Part shown: positions 9,823-20,251 of the stretch, piece after piece
Layout: every line of letters begins with the position of its first letter
How positions within the stretch are numbered: position 1 is the stretch's first letter
From: an uncultured Clostridium sp.
GTDB taxonomy: Bacteria; Bacillota; Clostridia; TANB77; CAG-508
Direction: 5' to 3'
Assembly (NCBI GenBank): GCA_947302485.1
Contig: CAMYVO010000003.1
Span: 7,567-71,566 of the forward strand
DNA: 64,000 bases
Notes under the pieces: model-generated
Seen by the model: the letters and a program-made list of their open reading frames with translations, nothing else
What the model was told of the DNA's origin: nothing
Database searches by the model: none
Translations under genes and position numbers: made by a program

Positions 9823-11187
9823 TTGAGAAAATATTTTGGAACAGATGGAATTAGAAGAATAGCAAATACTGAATTATCACCAACACTTGTATATAAAGTT
9901 GCAAAGGCAGGTGCATATGTATTATCAAAACATACGGACAAGGCACCTACAATATTAATTGGAAGAGATACTAGAATTTCTGGAACACTAATAGAAAGTG
10001 CTTTAACAGCAGGATTTTTAAGCTATGGTGCAAATGTTAAATTATTAGGAGTATTGCCAACACCTGCAGTAGCATATTTAACTAGAAAATTAAATGCTGA
10101 TGCAAGTGTGGTTATTTCTGCATCTCATAATACATATGAATTTAATGGTGTAAAGTACTTTAGTAATAAAGGTATGAAAATACCAGATGAAATAGAAGAA
10201 GAAATAGAAGAAGTAATGGATTCAGGTAAATTAGAAGAACTTACAGCAGTAAACGAAAAAATAGGTGTATCAGAAATAAGAGAAGATTTAGCAGAAGAAT
10301 ATGTTTGGTTTTTTATTGATTTATTTAAAAGAGAATTTGACAAATTTGATAAATCAAACTTTGTAGTTGGAATAGATACTGCAAATGGAGCAACATATAA
10401 AGTAGCTGAAAAAGTATATAAAGAATTAGGAATTAAGTATAAAATTATTAGTAATAATCCAGATGGAATTAATATTAATAATAAATGTGGATCAACACAT
10501 TTAGAAAATATTCAAAAGTATGTTGTAGATAATAAATTAGATATAGGAATAGCATACGATGGTGATGGAGATAGATGCTTAGCTGTTGATGAGAAGGGAA
10601 ATATAATAGATGGGGATATATGTCTAGCTATTATATCAAAAGACATGAAAGAAAAAGGTACATTAAAAAATGATACAGTAGTTGCAACAGTTATGAGTAA
10701 TATAGGATTAAATAAATACGGACAGGAGAATGGTGTAACAATAAAACAAACCAAAGTTGGAGATAGATATGTATTAGAAGAAATGCTTAAAAATGGATAT
10801 AATATAGGTGGAGAACAATCTGGTCATGTTATTTTCTTAGATTATAACCCAACTGGAGATGGAATACTTACATCTTTAATGCTTATTAAAACATTATTAG
10901 AAAAAAAGAAAAAAGCATCTGAACTTACAAATATTATAAAAATATATCCACAGGTATTAGTAAATGCAAAAGTTTCATCAGAAAAAAAATATGATTATGA
11001 TAAAGATTCAGAAATAAAAGAAAAAATTAATCAGCTAGAAGAAGAGTTCGCTGGAAATGGTAGAGTATTAATTAGACCTTCTGGAACAGAACCATTAGTA
11101 AGAGTAATGATAGAAGGAGAAAATCAAGAATATATTACAAAAAAAGCAACAGAACTTGCAGAATTTATTGAAGAAAAATTAAAATAA
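9823..11187 (+). CDS. glmM: phosphoglucosamine mutase GlmM
   Basis: MRKYFGTDGIRR... with the GIVISASHNP-like block (VVISASHNTYEFNGVKYF). 454 aa. TTG start 7 nt after GGAGG. Confidence 0.9.
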   Translation: MRKYFGTDGIRRIANTELSPTLVYKVAKAGAYVLSKHTDKAPTILIGRDTRISGTLIESALTAGFLSYGANVKLLGVLPTPAVAYLTRKLNADASVVISASHNTYEFNGVKYFSNKGMKIPDEIEEEIEEVMDSGKLEELTAVNEKIGVSEIREDLAEEYVWFFIDLFKREFDKFDKSNFVVGIDTANGATYKVAEKVYKELGIKYKIISNNPDGININNKCGSTHLENIQKYVVDNKLDIGIAYDGDGDRCLAVDEKGNIIDGDICLAIISKDMKEKGTLKNDTVVATVMSNIGLNKYGQENGVTIKQTKVGDRYVLEEMLKNGYNIGGEQSGHVIFLDYNPTGDGILTSLMLIKTLLEKKKKASELTNIIKIYPQVLVNAKVSSEKKYDYDKDSEIKEKINQLEEEFAGNGRVLIRPSGTEPLVRVMIEGENQEYITKKATELAEFIEEKLK

Positions 11188-11256
11188 TTTGTAACATGTA
11201 GTAGCGAGTATCGCTCGTCTGAAAATGTATAAAACAATAAATATAGGAGTATAAAA

Positions 11257-11928
11257 ATGGGAAAGTTATTTGTAATAGATGGAACTGATGGAAGCGGAAA
11301 ACAAACACAATTTCAGAAGTTAAAAGAAAGATTTGATGAAGAAGGAATAGAATACAAAACAGTTAGTTTTCCTAATTATGATAGCCCTTCATCTTCACTT
11401 GTTAAAATGTATTTAGCTGGGGAATTTGGAGAAAATGCAAAAGAAATAAGTCCATATATTGCATCTACTTTTTATGCTGCAGATAGATATGCTACATATA
11501 AAAAAGACTTAGAAGAATATTATCAAGATGGAGGTATTATACTTGCAGATCGTTATACAACATCTAATATGATTCATCAAGCAGGAAAAATACAAGATAA
11601 AGTAGAACGAAAAAAATTTTTGGAATGGTTATGGGATTTAGAGTTTAATTTATATGGTTTACCCATACCAACTGCAACATTTTTTTTAAACATGCCACCA
11701 GAATATGCTTTAAAGTTAATTAAAAATAGAGAGAATAAATTTACACATCAAATGAAAAAAGACATACATGAGAGAGATAACAATCATATACAGGATTCGT
11801 ATTTTGCAGCATGCGATTTAGCAAAAAAATATAATTGGTGTGAGATACAATGCATAAAAGATTATGAGGTAAAAACAATAGAAGAAATACATGAAGAAAT
11901 ATATGAAGAAATAAAAGAGTTAATTTAA
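11257..11928 (+). CDS. thymidylate kinase-like (dTMP kinase family) protein
   Basis: P-loop LFVIDGTDGSGKQTQ and a lid region. About 220 aa. Confidence 0.55.
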   Translation: MGKLFVIDGTDGSGKQTQFQKLKERFDEEGIEYKTVSFPNYDSPSSSLVKMYLAGEFGENAKEISPYIASTFYAADRYATYKKDLEEYYQDGGIILADRYTTSNMIHQAGKIQDKVERKKFLEWLWDLEFNLYGLPIPTATFFLNMPPEYALKLIKNRENKFTHQMKKDIHERDNNHIQDSYFAACDLAKKYNWCEIQCIKDYEVKTIEEIHEEIYEEIKELI

Positions 11929-11933
11929 TAATA

Positions 11934-11969
11934 AAAGTCTAATGTGATTAACATTACATTAGACTTTTT
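11934..11969 (+). terminator. rho-independent terminator
   Basis: AAAGTCTAATGT-loop-ACATTAGACTTT, then TT. Confidence 0.5.
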
Positions 11970-11984
11970 AGTAAGGAGAAATAG

Positions 11985-12575
11985 ATGAATAAATATGGTT
12001 TCTTTGGAGGATGTTTTAATCCTCCTACAAAGGCACATATATACTTAGCAGAAAAAGTTGTAAGAGAAATGAAATTAGATAAGCTATTTTTTGTTCCTGT
12101 AGGTAATTATTATTCTAAACCTGGATTGATCGATGAAAAATATCGTTATGAAATGTTAAAAATTATTTGCAAAAAAAATAATAAGCTTGGAGTGATAGAT
12201 ATTGAATTAGGAATAGGAAAAAAATTAAAAGCTATAGATATATTTAAAATGATTAAAGAAAAATATCCAAACGATGATTTGTATTATATTATGGGAGCGG
12301 ATAATTTGGCAAAAATTTCAAAGTGGAAGAATTCAGAAGAACTAATAAAATATTTTAAATTTATAATATTACAAAGGGATGGATTTGTTGTAAATAACAT
12401 TATAGAAAAAAATGATTTACTGTTCAAATATAGAGAAAATTTTAAAACAATAGAAAACGAAATTTATTTTAAAACAAGTTCTACAGAGGTAAGAAAAAAG
12501 ATAAGATGCAATAGTTTTGAAGCCGATATTCCAGATGAAATAAGAGATTTAATTAAAGAAAAGAATTTGTATTAA
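11985..12575 (+). CDS. nicotinate-nucleotide adenylyltransferase-like cytidylyltransferase (NadD family)
   Basis: N-terminal FFGGCFNPPTKAH matches the GG.F.P..H nucleotidyltransferase motif. 196 aa. Confidence 0.55.
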   Translation: MNKYGFFGGCFNPPTKAHIYLAEKVVREMKLDKLFFVPVGNYYSKPGLIDEKYRYEMLKIICKKNNKLGVIDIELGIGKKLKAIDIFKMIKEKYPNDDLYYIMGADNLAKISKWKNSEELIKYFKFIILQRDGFVVNNIIEKNDLLFKYRENFKTIENEIYFKTSSTEVRKKIRCNSFEADIPDEIRDLIKEKNLY

Positions 12576-12601
12576 AACAAACATGTTATATGCTTGATAA
12601 G

Positions 12602-12630
12602 TTGACAAAATACACTAAAAAATATAAAAT
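12602..12630 (+). promoter_or_regulatory. sigma-A type promoter in front of the glycan locus
   Basis: TTGACA-17 nt-TAAAAT, about 35 nt upstream of the first glycosyltransferase gene. Confidence 0.45.
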
Positions 12631-12667
12631 AAAGGCAGTAAATTAAAGAAAAGTAAGGAAGATGAGT

Positions 12668-13759
12668 ATGAAAAAAATATTATTTGCTTCCTATGATTTA
12701 AATATTGGTGGAATTGAAACATCTTTAGTAACTCTACTAAATACATTATCAAAAAATAAAGATTATCAAATTACACTTGTACTTGAAAAAAAGCAAGGAA
12801 TCTTTCTTGATCAAATTGATAAAAATATAAATATTATTGAATATACACCAAGTAACAAAAAAAATATATTAATTAGAAAATTAATAAACATGTTAAAAAG
12901 AATCAAATTTGTTTTTAAATATAAAAACAAGTTTGATTTTGCTGCGTCTTATGCTACTTATTTACTATCCGCTTCTTTTATAGCTCGTACTGCTTCAAAA
13001 AATAACGCAATATGGGTCCATACAGATTATTTAACATTATTAAAAGATAATAAAGAAGAATTTGAGAGATTTTTCTATAATATAAAATTTAATAAATTTA
13101 AGAATATTATATTTGTATCAAAAATAGCAAAGGACAATTTTACTAAAATATTTCCTAAATATCAACAAAATATAACGGTAATAAATAATTTAATAGATTA
13201 TAAAAGGATTATTGAATTATCAAAAGAGAATATAGAATTTAAAAATAAAGATAATTATCCTATTTTTTTAAATGTAGGAAGACATGATGAAGAATCAAAA
13301 AAATTAACAAGAATTATAGAAGCTAGTAAAATATTAGCTGAGAAAGGATATAATTTTAAAGTTTTATTTGTTGGAGATGGACCGGATATTAAATTATACA
13401 GAGCTATGGTAAAGGATAATAACTTAGAGGAAAATATAAATTTTATAGGACAAAAAGAAAATCCATATCCTTATTTTAGAATTTGTAATTGTGTTATTCT
13501 AACTTCACAATATGAAGGGTATCCAGTAGTTTTTTTAGAAAGCAAAACATTAAATAAACCTATAATAACAACTAAGGTATCTGATTATCAAGATATAGAA
13601 GAAAAATTTGGATATGTAACAGAAAAAAATACAGAAAGTATTTTTGAAGCGATGGAACATTTTATAAAAAAAGGATATACAATAAAAGAAAGATTTGATC
13701 CACAAATGCATAACGAAAAAATAATAAAAAAAATAGAGGATATAATTAGAGGTAAATAA
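12668..13759 (+). CDS. glycosyltransferase family 4 (GT-B, GT1/GT4 superfamily)
   Basis: KKILFASYDLNIGGIETSL N-terminus and a C-terminal E..G.P motif region. Start at ATG 12668 after AAGGAAG. Confidence 0.7.
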   Translation: MKKILFASYDLNIGGIETSLVTLLNTLSKNKDYQITLVLEKKQGIFLDQIDKNINIIEYTPSNKKNILIRKLINMLKRIKFVFKYKNKFDFAASYATYLLSASFIARTASKNNAIWVHTDYLTLLKDNKEEFERFFYNIKFNKFKNIIFVSKIAKDNFTKIFPKYQQNITVINNLIDYKRIIELSKENIEFKNKDNYPIFLNVGRHDEESKKLTRIIEASKILAEKGYNFKVLFVGDGPDIKLYRAMVKDNNLEENINFIGQKENPYPYFRICNCVILTSQYEGYPVVFLESKTLNKPIITTKVSDYQDIEEKFGYVTEKNTESIFEAMEHFIKKGYTIKERFDPQMHNEKIIKKIEDIIRGK

Positions 13760-14719
13760 ATGATTGATGTTAGTGTTATAATTCCTGTATATAATACAGA
13801 AAGATATATAAAAAGATGTTTAGATTCAATACTAAATCAAACACTGAAAAATTTAGAAATAATAGTTGTGAATGATGGCTCAAAAGACAATTCTGATATA
13901 ATTATTAAAAACTGGATAAAGGAAAATAAAAAAAATATTGATATTAAATATATAGAAAAAGAAAATACAGGTTTATCAGATACAAGAAATATAGCAGTAA
14001 AAAAAACCAGAGGAAAATATATTTCGTTTATAGATTCTGATGATTATATTGATGAGAATTTATATTATAACTTAAAAAAGTATATGGATGATAATATAGA
14101 TGTTATAAAATTTAAAATAAAAACAGTAGATGTAACTGGAAATGTTTTAGAAAAATTAGATGGGCCTATATTTAGTACATGTACTGGAGAAAAAGCATTT
14201 GAAAAACTATGCACACAAGATAAATATATGGATCCAGCATGTATTTACTTGTATAGAAGAAATTTTTTTATAGAAAATGATTTTAAATACAGTGTGGGAA
14301 TGTATCATGAAGATTTTGGATTAACTCCATTAGTTATTGCGAATTCTAAAAGCTTTGTATCTACTAATGAATATGGATACTATTATTTAAAAAGAGAAAA
14401 TAGTATTACTGCAAAAAATGACATTGAAAAAAATGTAAAAAAAGCAAATGATTTATTGAAACAATATGATGAAATGATAAAAAAAATTACTGAATATAAA
14501 ATAAGTAAACATACAAAGAATTTAATCAAAAGATATTATACGAATGCAGTTATATTAAAAGCGAAGGAGTTATATGATAACGATGAAGAATATAATAAAT
14601 ATATAGAAGAAATTCAAAAAAGAAAGATGTATAAAAATATAAAACCATATAATTTAAAACAAGCATTAAAAAGATTAATATTAAAATATAATATTAAACA
14701 ATATTTGAAAAAGAGGTAA
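13760..14719 (+). CDS. glycosyltransferase family 2
   Basis: VSVIIPVYNTERYIKRCLDSILNQT plus DGSKDNS and D.DD motifs. Confidence 0.8.
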   Translation: MIDVSVIIPVYNTERYIKRCLDSILNQTLKNLEIIVVNDGSKDNSDIIIKNWIKENKKNIDIKYIEKENTGLSDTRNIAVKKTRGKYISFIDSDDYIDENLYYNLKKYMDDNIDVIKFKIKTVDVTGNVLEKLDGPIFSTCTGEKAFEKLCTQDKYMDPACIYLYRRNFFIENDFKYSVGMYHEDFGLTPLVIANSKSFVSTNEYGYYYLKRENSITAKNDIEKNVKKANDLLKQYDEMIKKITEYKISKHTKNLIKRYYTNAVILKAKELYDNDEEYNKYIEEIQKRKMYKNIKPYNLKQALKRLILKYNIKQYLKKR

Positions 14720-14723
14720 TTTT

Positions 14724-15683
14724 ATGCCAAAAGTAAGTGTTATAGTACCTGTATATAATGTAGAAAATTATATATGTAAATGTTTAGATTCACTTGTTAA
14801 ACAAACTTTAAAAGATATAGAAATAATAATTATAAATGACGGATCAACAGATAGTTCTATAGATGTAATCAATAACTATATAGAAAAGTATCCCCAAAAA
14901 ATTGTATATCTAGAGAAAGAGAACGGAGGATTATCTGATGCTAGAAATTATGGAATCCCATATGCGAAAGGTGAATATATAGCTTTTTTAGATTCTGATG
15001 ATTACGTAGAAAAAGATATATATCAAAAAATGTATGAATTGGCTAAAAAAGAGAATAGCGATATGGTTGAATGTGATTTTTATTGGGAATATCCAAATAG
15101 ATTAAAAGAAGATATTGGCTTAGTTTATTCTAATAAACATGAAATGATTGAGAATGTAAGAGTAGTTGCATGGAATAAGTTAATAAGAAAAGAAATTATA
15201 GATAAAAACAATATTATATTTCCAAAAGGATATAGATATGAAGATGTTGAATTTACATATAAGTTAATTCCTTATTTGAATAGAGTTTCTTTTATAAAAG
15301 AGCCGCTTGTATATTATTTACAAAGAACTGATTCAATTATAAATTCACAAAATGGAAGGACAAGAGATATATTTGATGTATTACAGCATGTAATAGATTA
15401 TTATAAATATAAAGGAATATATGATGAGTTTAAAGATGAACTAGAATATATATACACAAGATATCTGTTATGTAGTTCGCTCCTTAGAATGACAAAAATA
15501 GATGATACTAAAACTAGAAAAAAATGTTTAAATGAAACATGGGAGAGTCTAAATACTAAATTTCAAAATTGGAAAAAGAATAAAATATTAAAAAAGAAGA
15601 GAACAAAAAAAGATATATATATGAAAACAGTGAATAAATTTACATATAAAATATATTGTAGAATACTAAGAGGGATTAAATGA
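14724..15683 (+). CDS. glycosyltransferase family 2
   Basis: VSVIVPVYNVENYICKCLDSLVKQT, DSDDY, and the AWNKLIRKEI..FPKGYRYEDVEF block. Confidence 0.8.
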   Translation: MPKVSVIVPVYNVENYICKCLDSLVKQTLKDIEIIIINDGSTDSSIDVINNYIEKYPQKIVYLEKENGGLSDARNYGIPYAKGEYIAFLDSDDYVEKDIYQKMYELAKKENSDMVECDFYWEYPNRLKEDIGLVYSNKHEMIENVRVVAWNKLIRKEIIDKNNIIFPKGYRYEDVEFTYKLIPYLNRVSFIKEPLVYYLQRTDSIINSQNGRTRDIFDVLQHVIDYYKYKGIYDEFKDELEYIYTRYLLCSSLLRMTKIDDTKTRKKCLNETWESLNTKFQNWKKNKILKKKRTKKDIYMKTVNKFTYKIYCRILRGIK

Positions 15684-17188
15684 AACTAGATAAAGAAATG
15701 ATTAAAGAAAAAATAAATATAGAAAACATATTATGCTTATTTATAATAATATGTCCAGTATTAGATATGCTAAGTTTTATTTTTAGAAATGTATTTAATA
15801 CTAATATATCTCCATCAACAATCATAAGACCAATTATACCTCTAATTACAATTATTTATTTATTTTTGAAAGAAGATAAAAAATTTAAAATTTATACATT
15901 TTTAGGATTTTTTATATTTGGCATGTATGCTGTTGTTCATTTATTATTGTTCATGAAAGTTAAAACTGGAAGTAGTTATAGTGGAGTAATACATGAAGCA
16001 CAGTATATTGTAAATTATTCATTTATGATTTTAAATTTATTTATATATATCTATATATTTAAGGATAAAAAGACAAATAAATTGAAGAAGAGTATAATAT
16101 ATTCTTCATATATTTATATCATTTCTATATATATATCAATTATTACAAAAACATCATCACATACATACTTAGAAGAGGCAATGGGATATAAAGGATGGTT
16201 TGAATCAGGTAATAGTATTGGAGCTATACTTTTACTTTCGATGTTTATTTATATTAATTATTTAAAAGACAAAGAATATAGAAAGGTTGTAATACCTTTA
16301 TTATCTTTAATTGGAATATTTTTAATGCTATTAATTGGAACAAGAGTGGGGTTATTCGGATTTATACTGGTAATAATAACATATTTAATTATACAAGTGC
16401 TTTATACTCTTCTACATAACAGTAAAATAAATAAAAAGCTATTAGGAATTGGGACAATATCAATAATTGTTATATTAGCTATAGTTTTAATTTGTGGTTC
16501 AACAACTATAGAAAGAAGGAAGCATTTAAAAGAAATTGAAAGTAATATTGTAGATCAAAATCAGGATGACAATTCACATATAACTGGAGATTTACTAGAT
16601 ATAAAAAATAAAATAGATAAAAATGAAATGCAAGATGGATATATGAGTGAAGCTCAAAAAAAATCAGTTATAGATTTATACAATACTGCAAACAAAATAA
16701 AACTTTCAAATAATGATCAGAGAATGCAACAATTAATATATAATATTGCATTAGTAAAAAATCAAAAAAATATTCCAATGATATTATTTGGAAATGGATA
16801 TGTTGCTAATTTTAGAGAATTAATTTTAGAAATGGAAATTCCAGCATTTTTACTTAATTTTGGACTAGTTGGATTTGTAATATTTTTTATGCCATTTTTA
16901 TCAATTTTTATATATGGTTTAATATTTGCTATAAAGAATATTAAAAAAATAGACGAGGAATATATGATGCTAGAACTAGGAAGCGGATTTTCTTTTGCAT
17001 TAGCATTTCTTTCAGGATATACTTTTTTTAATAGTTCGTCAATGATGATTATTATAGTATTAAATGTGCTTTTAATTAATAAAATATTGAAGTTAAAAAA
17101 AGGAGAGACACATGAAGAAAATTTTGTTTGGAATAACGAGCTTAACACTTGGAGGAGCAGAAAGAGTGTTAGTAGATTTAGTAAATAA
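15680..17188 (+). CDS. O-antigen polymerase/ligase-like (Wzy-type) polytopic membrane protein
   Basis: 502 aa with more than 10 predicted TM segments and a large loop. Position inside a glycosyltransferase operon. Its 3' end overlaps the next gene by 77 nt. Confidence 0.5.
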   Translation: MKLDKEMIKEKINIENILCLFIIICPVLDMLSFIFRNVFNTNISPSTIIRPIIPLITIIYLFLKEDKKFKIYTFLGFFIFGMYAVVHLLLFMKVKTGSSYSGVIHEAQYIVNYSFMILNLFIYIYIFKDKKTNKLKKSIIYSSYIYIISIYISIITKTSSHTYLEEAMGYKGWFESGNSIGAILLLSMFIYINYLKDKEYRKVVIPLLSLIGIFLMLLIGTRVGLFGFILVIITYLIIQVLYTLLHNSKINKKLLGIGTISIIVILAIVLICGSTTIERRKHLKEIESNIVDQNQDDNSHITGDLLDIKNKIDKNEMQDGYMSEAQKKSVIDLYNTANKIKLSNNDQRMQQLIYNIALVKNQKNIPMILFGNGYVANFRELILEMEIPAFLLNFGLVGFVIFFMPFLSIFIYGLIFAIKNIKKIDEEYMMLELGSGFSFALAFLSGYTFFNSSSMMIIIVLNVLLINKILKLKKGETHEENFVWNNELNTWRSRKSVSRFSK

Positions 17189-18221
17189 ACTATCTGATAA
17201 ATATGATATTACTATTTTTACTATTTACGCTAAGGGTGAACTTGTTGAACAATTAGCTGACAATATAAAAATAAAAACTTTATACAATAAAAATTATTCA
17301 AAACTATCAAGCATTGAAAAAAAATTAATTCCACTTAAATTATTGATAAATAAAAAAAGAATATATAAAAAAAATATTCAAGGTGATTATGATACTGAGA
17401 TTTCTTTTTTAGAGGGACCGATTACAAGATTATTTAGCGTTAAAAATAAAAGAATAAAAAAAATAGCCTGGATACATAATGATATTTCTCAGGTATTTGG
17501 GAAAGGATTAAAAGCTACAATAAAAAAATTTTTAGACAAAAAAATTTATTCGAAATATGAAGAATTAATATTTGTAAGCAAAGAGAATTTAAAAAATTTC
17601 AATAGTACTTATAAAGAATTATCGGGCATAAAAAAAGAGGTTATTTATAATTATATAGACAAAGACAGAATTATAGAGAAATCTAAGGATAATGCAGAAG
17701 TCGAATTTAATAAAGCAATTATTAATCTTGTTACAGTTGCAAGACTTGTACCTCAAAAAGCTATAGATAGATTCATAAAAATTCATTCAAGATTAATAAC
17801 TGAAGGATATCAACATGAAGTATATCTAATTGGAGATGGATCTGAAAGGATAAAACTGGAAAATTTAATTAAGCAAAATAATATTGAAAAAACTTTTCAT
17901 TTATTAGGAAAAAAGAAAAATCCATATCCATATATTAAAAATGCAGATTATTTTTGTTTATTATCTTATTTTGAAGGATATGGAATGGTACTAGAAGAAG
18001 CAAAAATACTAGAAAAATCTGTGATAATTACAGATACAGCAGCAAGAGAAGCGGTACAAGACTATAAAGAAAGTATTATATTAGAAAATACTGAAGAAGG
18101 AATATATGAAGGAATTAAGGCATGTATATCTAAAGGAAAACAAGAAAGTGTAAATAAAAAGAATGAAAAATATAATAACAGTGATATAATTAAACAAGTT
18201 ATAGAATTAATAGAAAAATAA
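17112..18221 (+). CDS. glycosyltransferase family 4
   Basis: MKKILFGITSLTLGGAERV N-terminus. C-terminal EGYGMVLEEA motif. Confidence 0.75.
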   Translation: MKKILFGITSLTLGGAERVLVDLVNKLSDKYDITIFTIYAKGELVEQLADNIKIKTLYNKNYSKLSSIEKKLIPLKLLINKKRIYKKNIQGDYDTEISFLEGPITRLFSVKNKRIKKIAWIHNDISQVFGKGLKATIKKFLDKKIYSKYEELIFVSKENLKNFNSTYKELSGIKKEVIYNYIDKDRIIEKSKDNAEVEFNKAIINLVTVARLVPQKAIDRFIKIHSRLITEGYQHEVYLIGDGSERIKLENLIKQNNIEKTFHLLGKKKNPYPYIKNADYFCLLSYFEGYGMVLEEAKILEKSVIITDTAAREAVQDYKESIILENTEEGIYEGIKACISKGKQESVNKKNEKYNNSDIIKQVIELIEK

Positions 18222-18232
18222 GGAGATACATT

Positions 18233-19108
18233 ATGCAAATATCTGTACTTACTTCAACATATAATAGAGGAAACTTACTAAAAAGACTATATGAAAGTTT
18301 AATAAATAATTCTAAATATGATATAGATATTCAGTGGCTTATAATGAATGATGGTTCAACTGACAATACTAAAACTATTGTTAAGCAATTTATAAAAGAA
18401 AATAAAATAAAAATAAAGTATTTTGAACAAGAAAATCAAGGAAAGATGTTCGCAATAAATAAATTAGTAGATTATGCTACAGGATACTTAATAATAGATT
18501 GTGATTCTGATGATTATTTTACAGAAGATGCATTTAAAATTATAAAAGAAGAGTATGATAGTAATATAAATGAAAAAGACATATATGGATTATGCTTTTT
18601 AAAATATAATCAATATGGAAAGAACATGGGAAATGAATTTAATAAAAAGAAAACCACAATGTTTGATTTGTATTTTAAAGAAGGTGAAACTGGAGAGAAG
18701 ACTATTGTTTTTTATAGTAAAGTAAGAAAAAAATATAAACACGAATTAGAGCATGGAGAAAAATTTATAACGGAAGCTAGAATGTATCATAAAATGGATG
18801 AAAAATATAAAATGATATGTATAAATAAGCCGATTATGATTTGTGAATATCAAGAAAAAGGGTATACAAAAAATATAATGAATCAATTTAAAGAAAATCC
18901 ATATGGATATTATGAATATTTTAAAGAAATTCTTCAAAGAGATATGAAAGATGCTAAATTTAATAAAAGGATATATGCTATAAAACATTATATTTTATTT
19001 AGTTATCTAACAAAACAATATTCAGGGAAATATATAAAAAATATAACTAACAGATTATTGTATTATTTTTTATTAATGCCAGGGATATTAAAAAGTATGA
19101 AGATTTAA
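18233..19108 (+). CDS. glycosyltransferase family 2
   Basis: ISVLTSTYNRG..., DGSTDNT, DCDSDDY. Confidence 0.7.
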   Translation: MQISVLTSTYNRGNLLKRLYESLINNSKYDIDIQWLIMNDGSTDNTKTIVKQFIKENKIKIKYFEQENQGKMFAINKLVDYATGYLIIDCDSDDYFTEDAFKIIKEEYDSNINEKDIYGLCFLKYNQYGKNMGNEFNKKKTTMFDLYFKEGETGEKTIVFYSKVRKKYKHELEHGEKFITEARMYHKMDEKYKMICINKPIMICEYQEKGYTKNIMNQFKENPYGYYEYFKEILQRDMKDAKFNKRIYAIKHYILFSYLTKQYSGKYIKNITNRLLYYFLLMPGILKSMKI

Positions 19109-19190
19109 GATGAAATATGAAATATTTACTTGTAATAAAGCAGAAATTATGATATATAATTTATGACAAAAAGCGAAAAAGGAGCAATAA

Positions 19191-20236
19191 ATGAATAATA
19201 AATTTTTATTTTCTATAATAGTTCCTGTATATAATACAGAATTATATGTAGAAAAATGTTTAAAATCAATAAAAAATGCAATCGATAAAGACTGTGAAGT
19301 AATAATAATAAATGATGGATCAACAGACAATTCTGAAGGTGTTATATTAGAATTTATAAAAAAATTACCAGAAGAATGGAAAAATAACTATATTTATATA
19401 AAAAAAGAAAATAAGGGGTTAGCTGATACAAAGAATGTGGGAATAGAAAAAGCTAATGGACAATTTATAAGTGTAGTAGATTCTGATGATTATATAAGTG
19501 AAGATTTTTATCAAATTGCAAGGAAATATGTTAATAAATTTGATATTATAATTTATGATTTATATATAATTTTTGAAAAAAATAAAACATGGAATTATAC
19601 TTCAAGAGCATACAGAGATGACAAAGAAGATCAAATGTATGCATATGTAATAAAATAATAAAAAAAGAATTGTATAATGATTACGAGTTTCCAGTAGGAA
19701 AAGAATATGAAGATACAGCTGTTACTCCATTTATTTTAAATGATGCAAAAAGAATAAAATATATTCCATATCCTATGTATTACTATCTACAAAGAGAAAA
19801 ATCTATTGTTGCTTCTAATACACTAATGTCAGCGTTTTACAAGATATGTAATAATATTTCAGAAGTCTTAAATAGTAAAAATAATAATTTTGATAAATAT
19901 AAATATATAATTAATGAATTTTTTGTAGACAGAATTTATGAAATTTTTATACAGGATTATAATCAAAATAGACAAGATTTTAAAGAAAATATTGAAAAAT
20001 TTTATACCTATAATAAAGATATAGTGATATATATTGTGGAAAGCAATATGGTTAATAAATATGAAAATCATTACTCAGAGAAACAAAAATGCATAGTAAA
20101 AGATTTTTTTATGGAACTATTAAATGAAGATTATAAAAAGATAGAAAAAAAATTATTCAGAATTAAGGTAAAAAACTATTTAAGTAGAATAAAAGTAAAT
20201 TTTAAAAATTTTATTAAGGCATTAATAAACAAATAA
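19191..20236 (+). pseudogene. glycosyltransferase family 2 gene interrupted by a 1-bp frameshift (ORFs 19191-19658 and 19670-20236)
   Basis: The N-terminal part carries IIVPVYNTELYVEKCL, DGSTDNS and DSDDY. The C-terminal part continues the GT2 fold (..KIIKKELYNDYEFPVGKEYEDTAV in the -1 frame). Frame 2 is open from 19622, so the shift lies between 19622 and 19655. Confidence 0.6.
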
Positions 20237-20251
20237 CATATGGAGGATAAA

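Noticed and set aside
10125-10754. Antisense ORFs within glmM (10125-10343, 10512-10754) and similar short antisense ORFs in other genes (879-1097, 3103-3483, 4296-4655, 7527-8201 and others)
   Set aside because: They lie embedded in the opposite strand of confidently identified genes, have low-complexity composition and lack an RBS.
15680-17188. Possibility that the Wzy-like ORF 3' end (overlapping the next GT4 by 77 nt) hides another frameshift
   Set aside because: The overlap region still encodes plausible sequence and no second-frame continuation with family similarity was seen. Treated as a genuine overlap, but not verified.
19660-19666. A7 homopolymer considered as the frameshift site in the split GT2 gene
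   Set aside because: Two in-frame TAA stops (19656-19661) precede the tract in the upstream frame, and the downstream frame is already open from 19622. The shift must therefore lie upstream, at 19622-19655, not in the A7 run.
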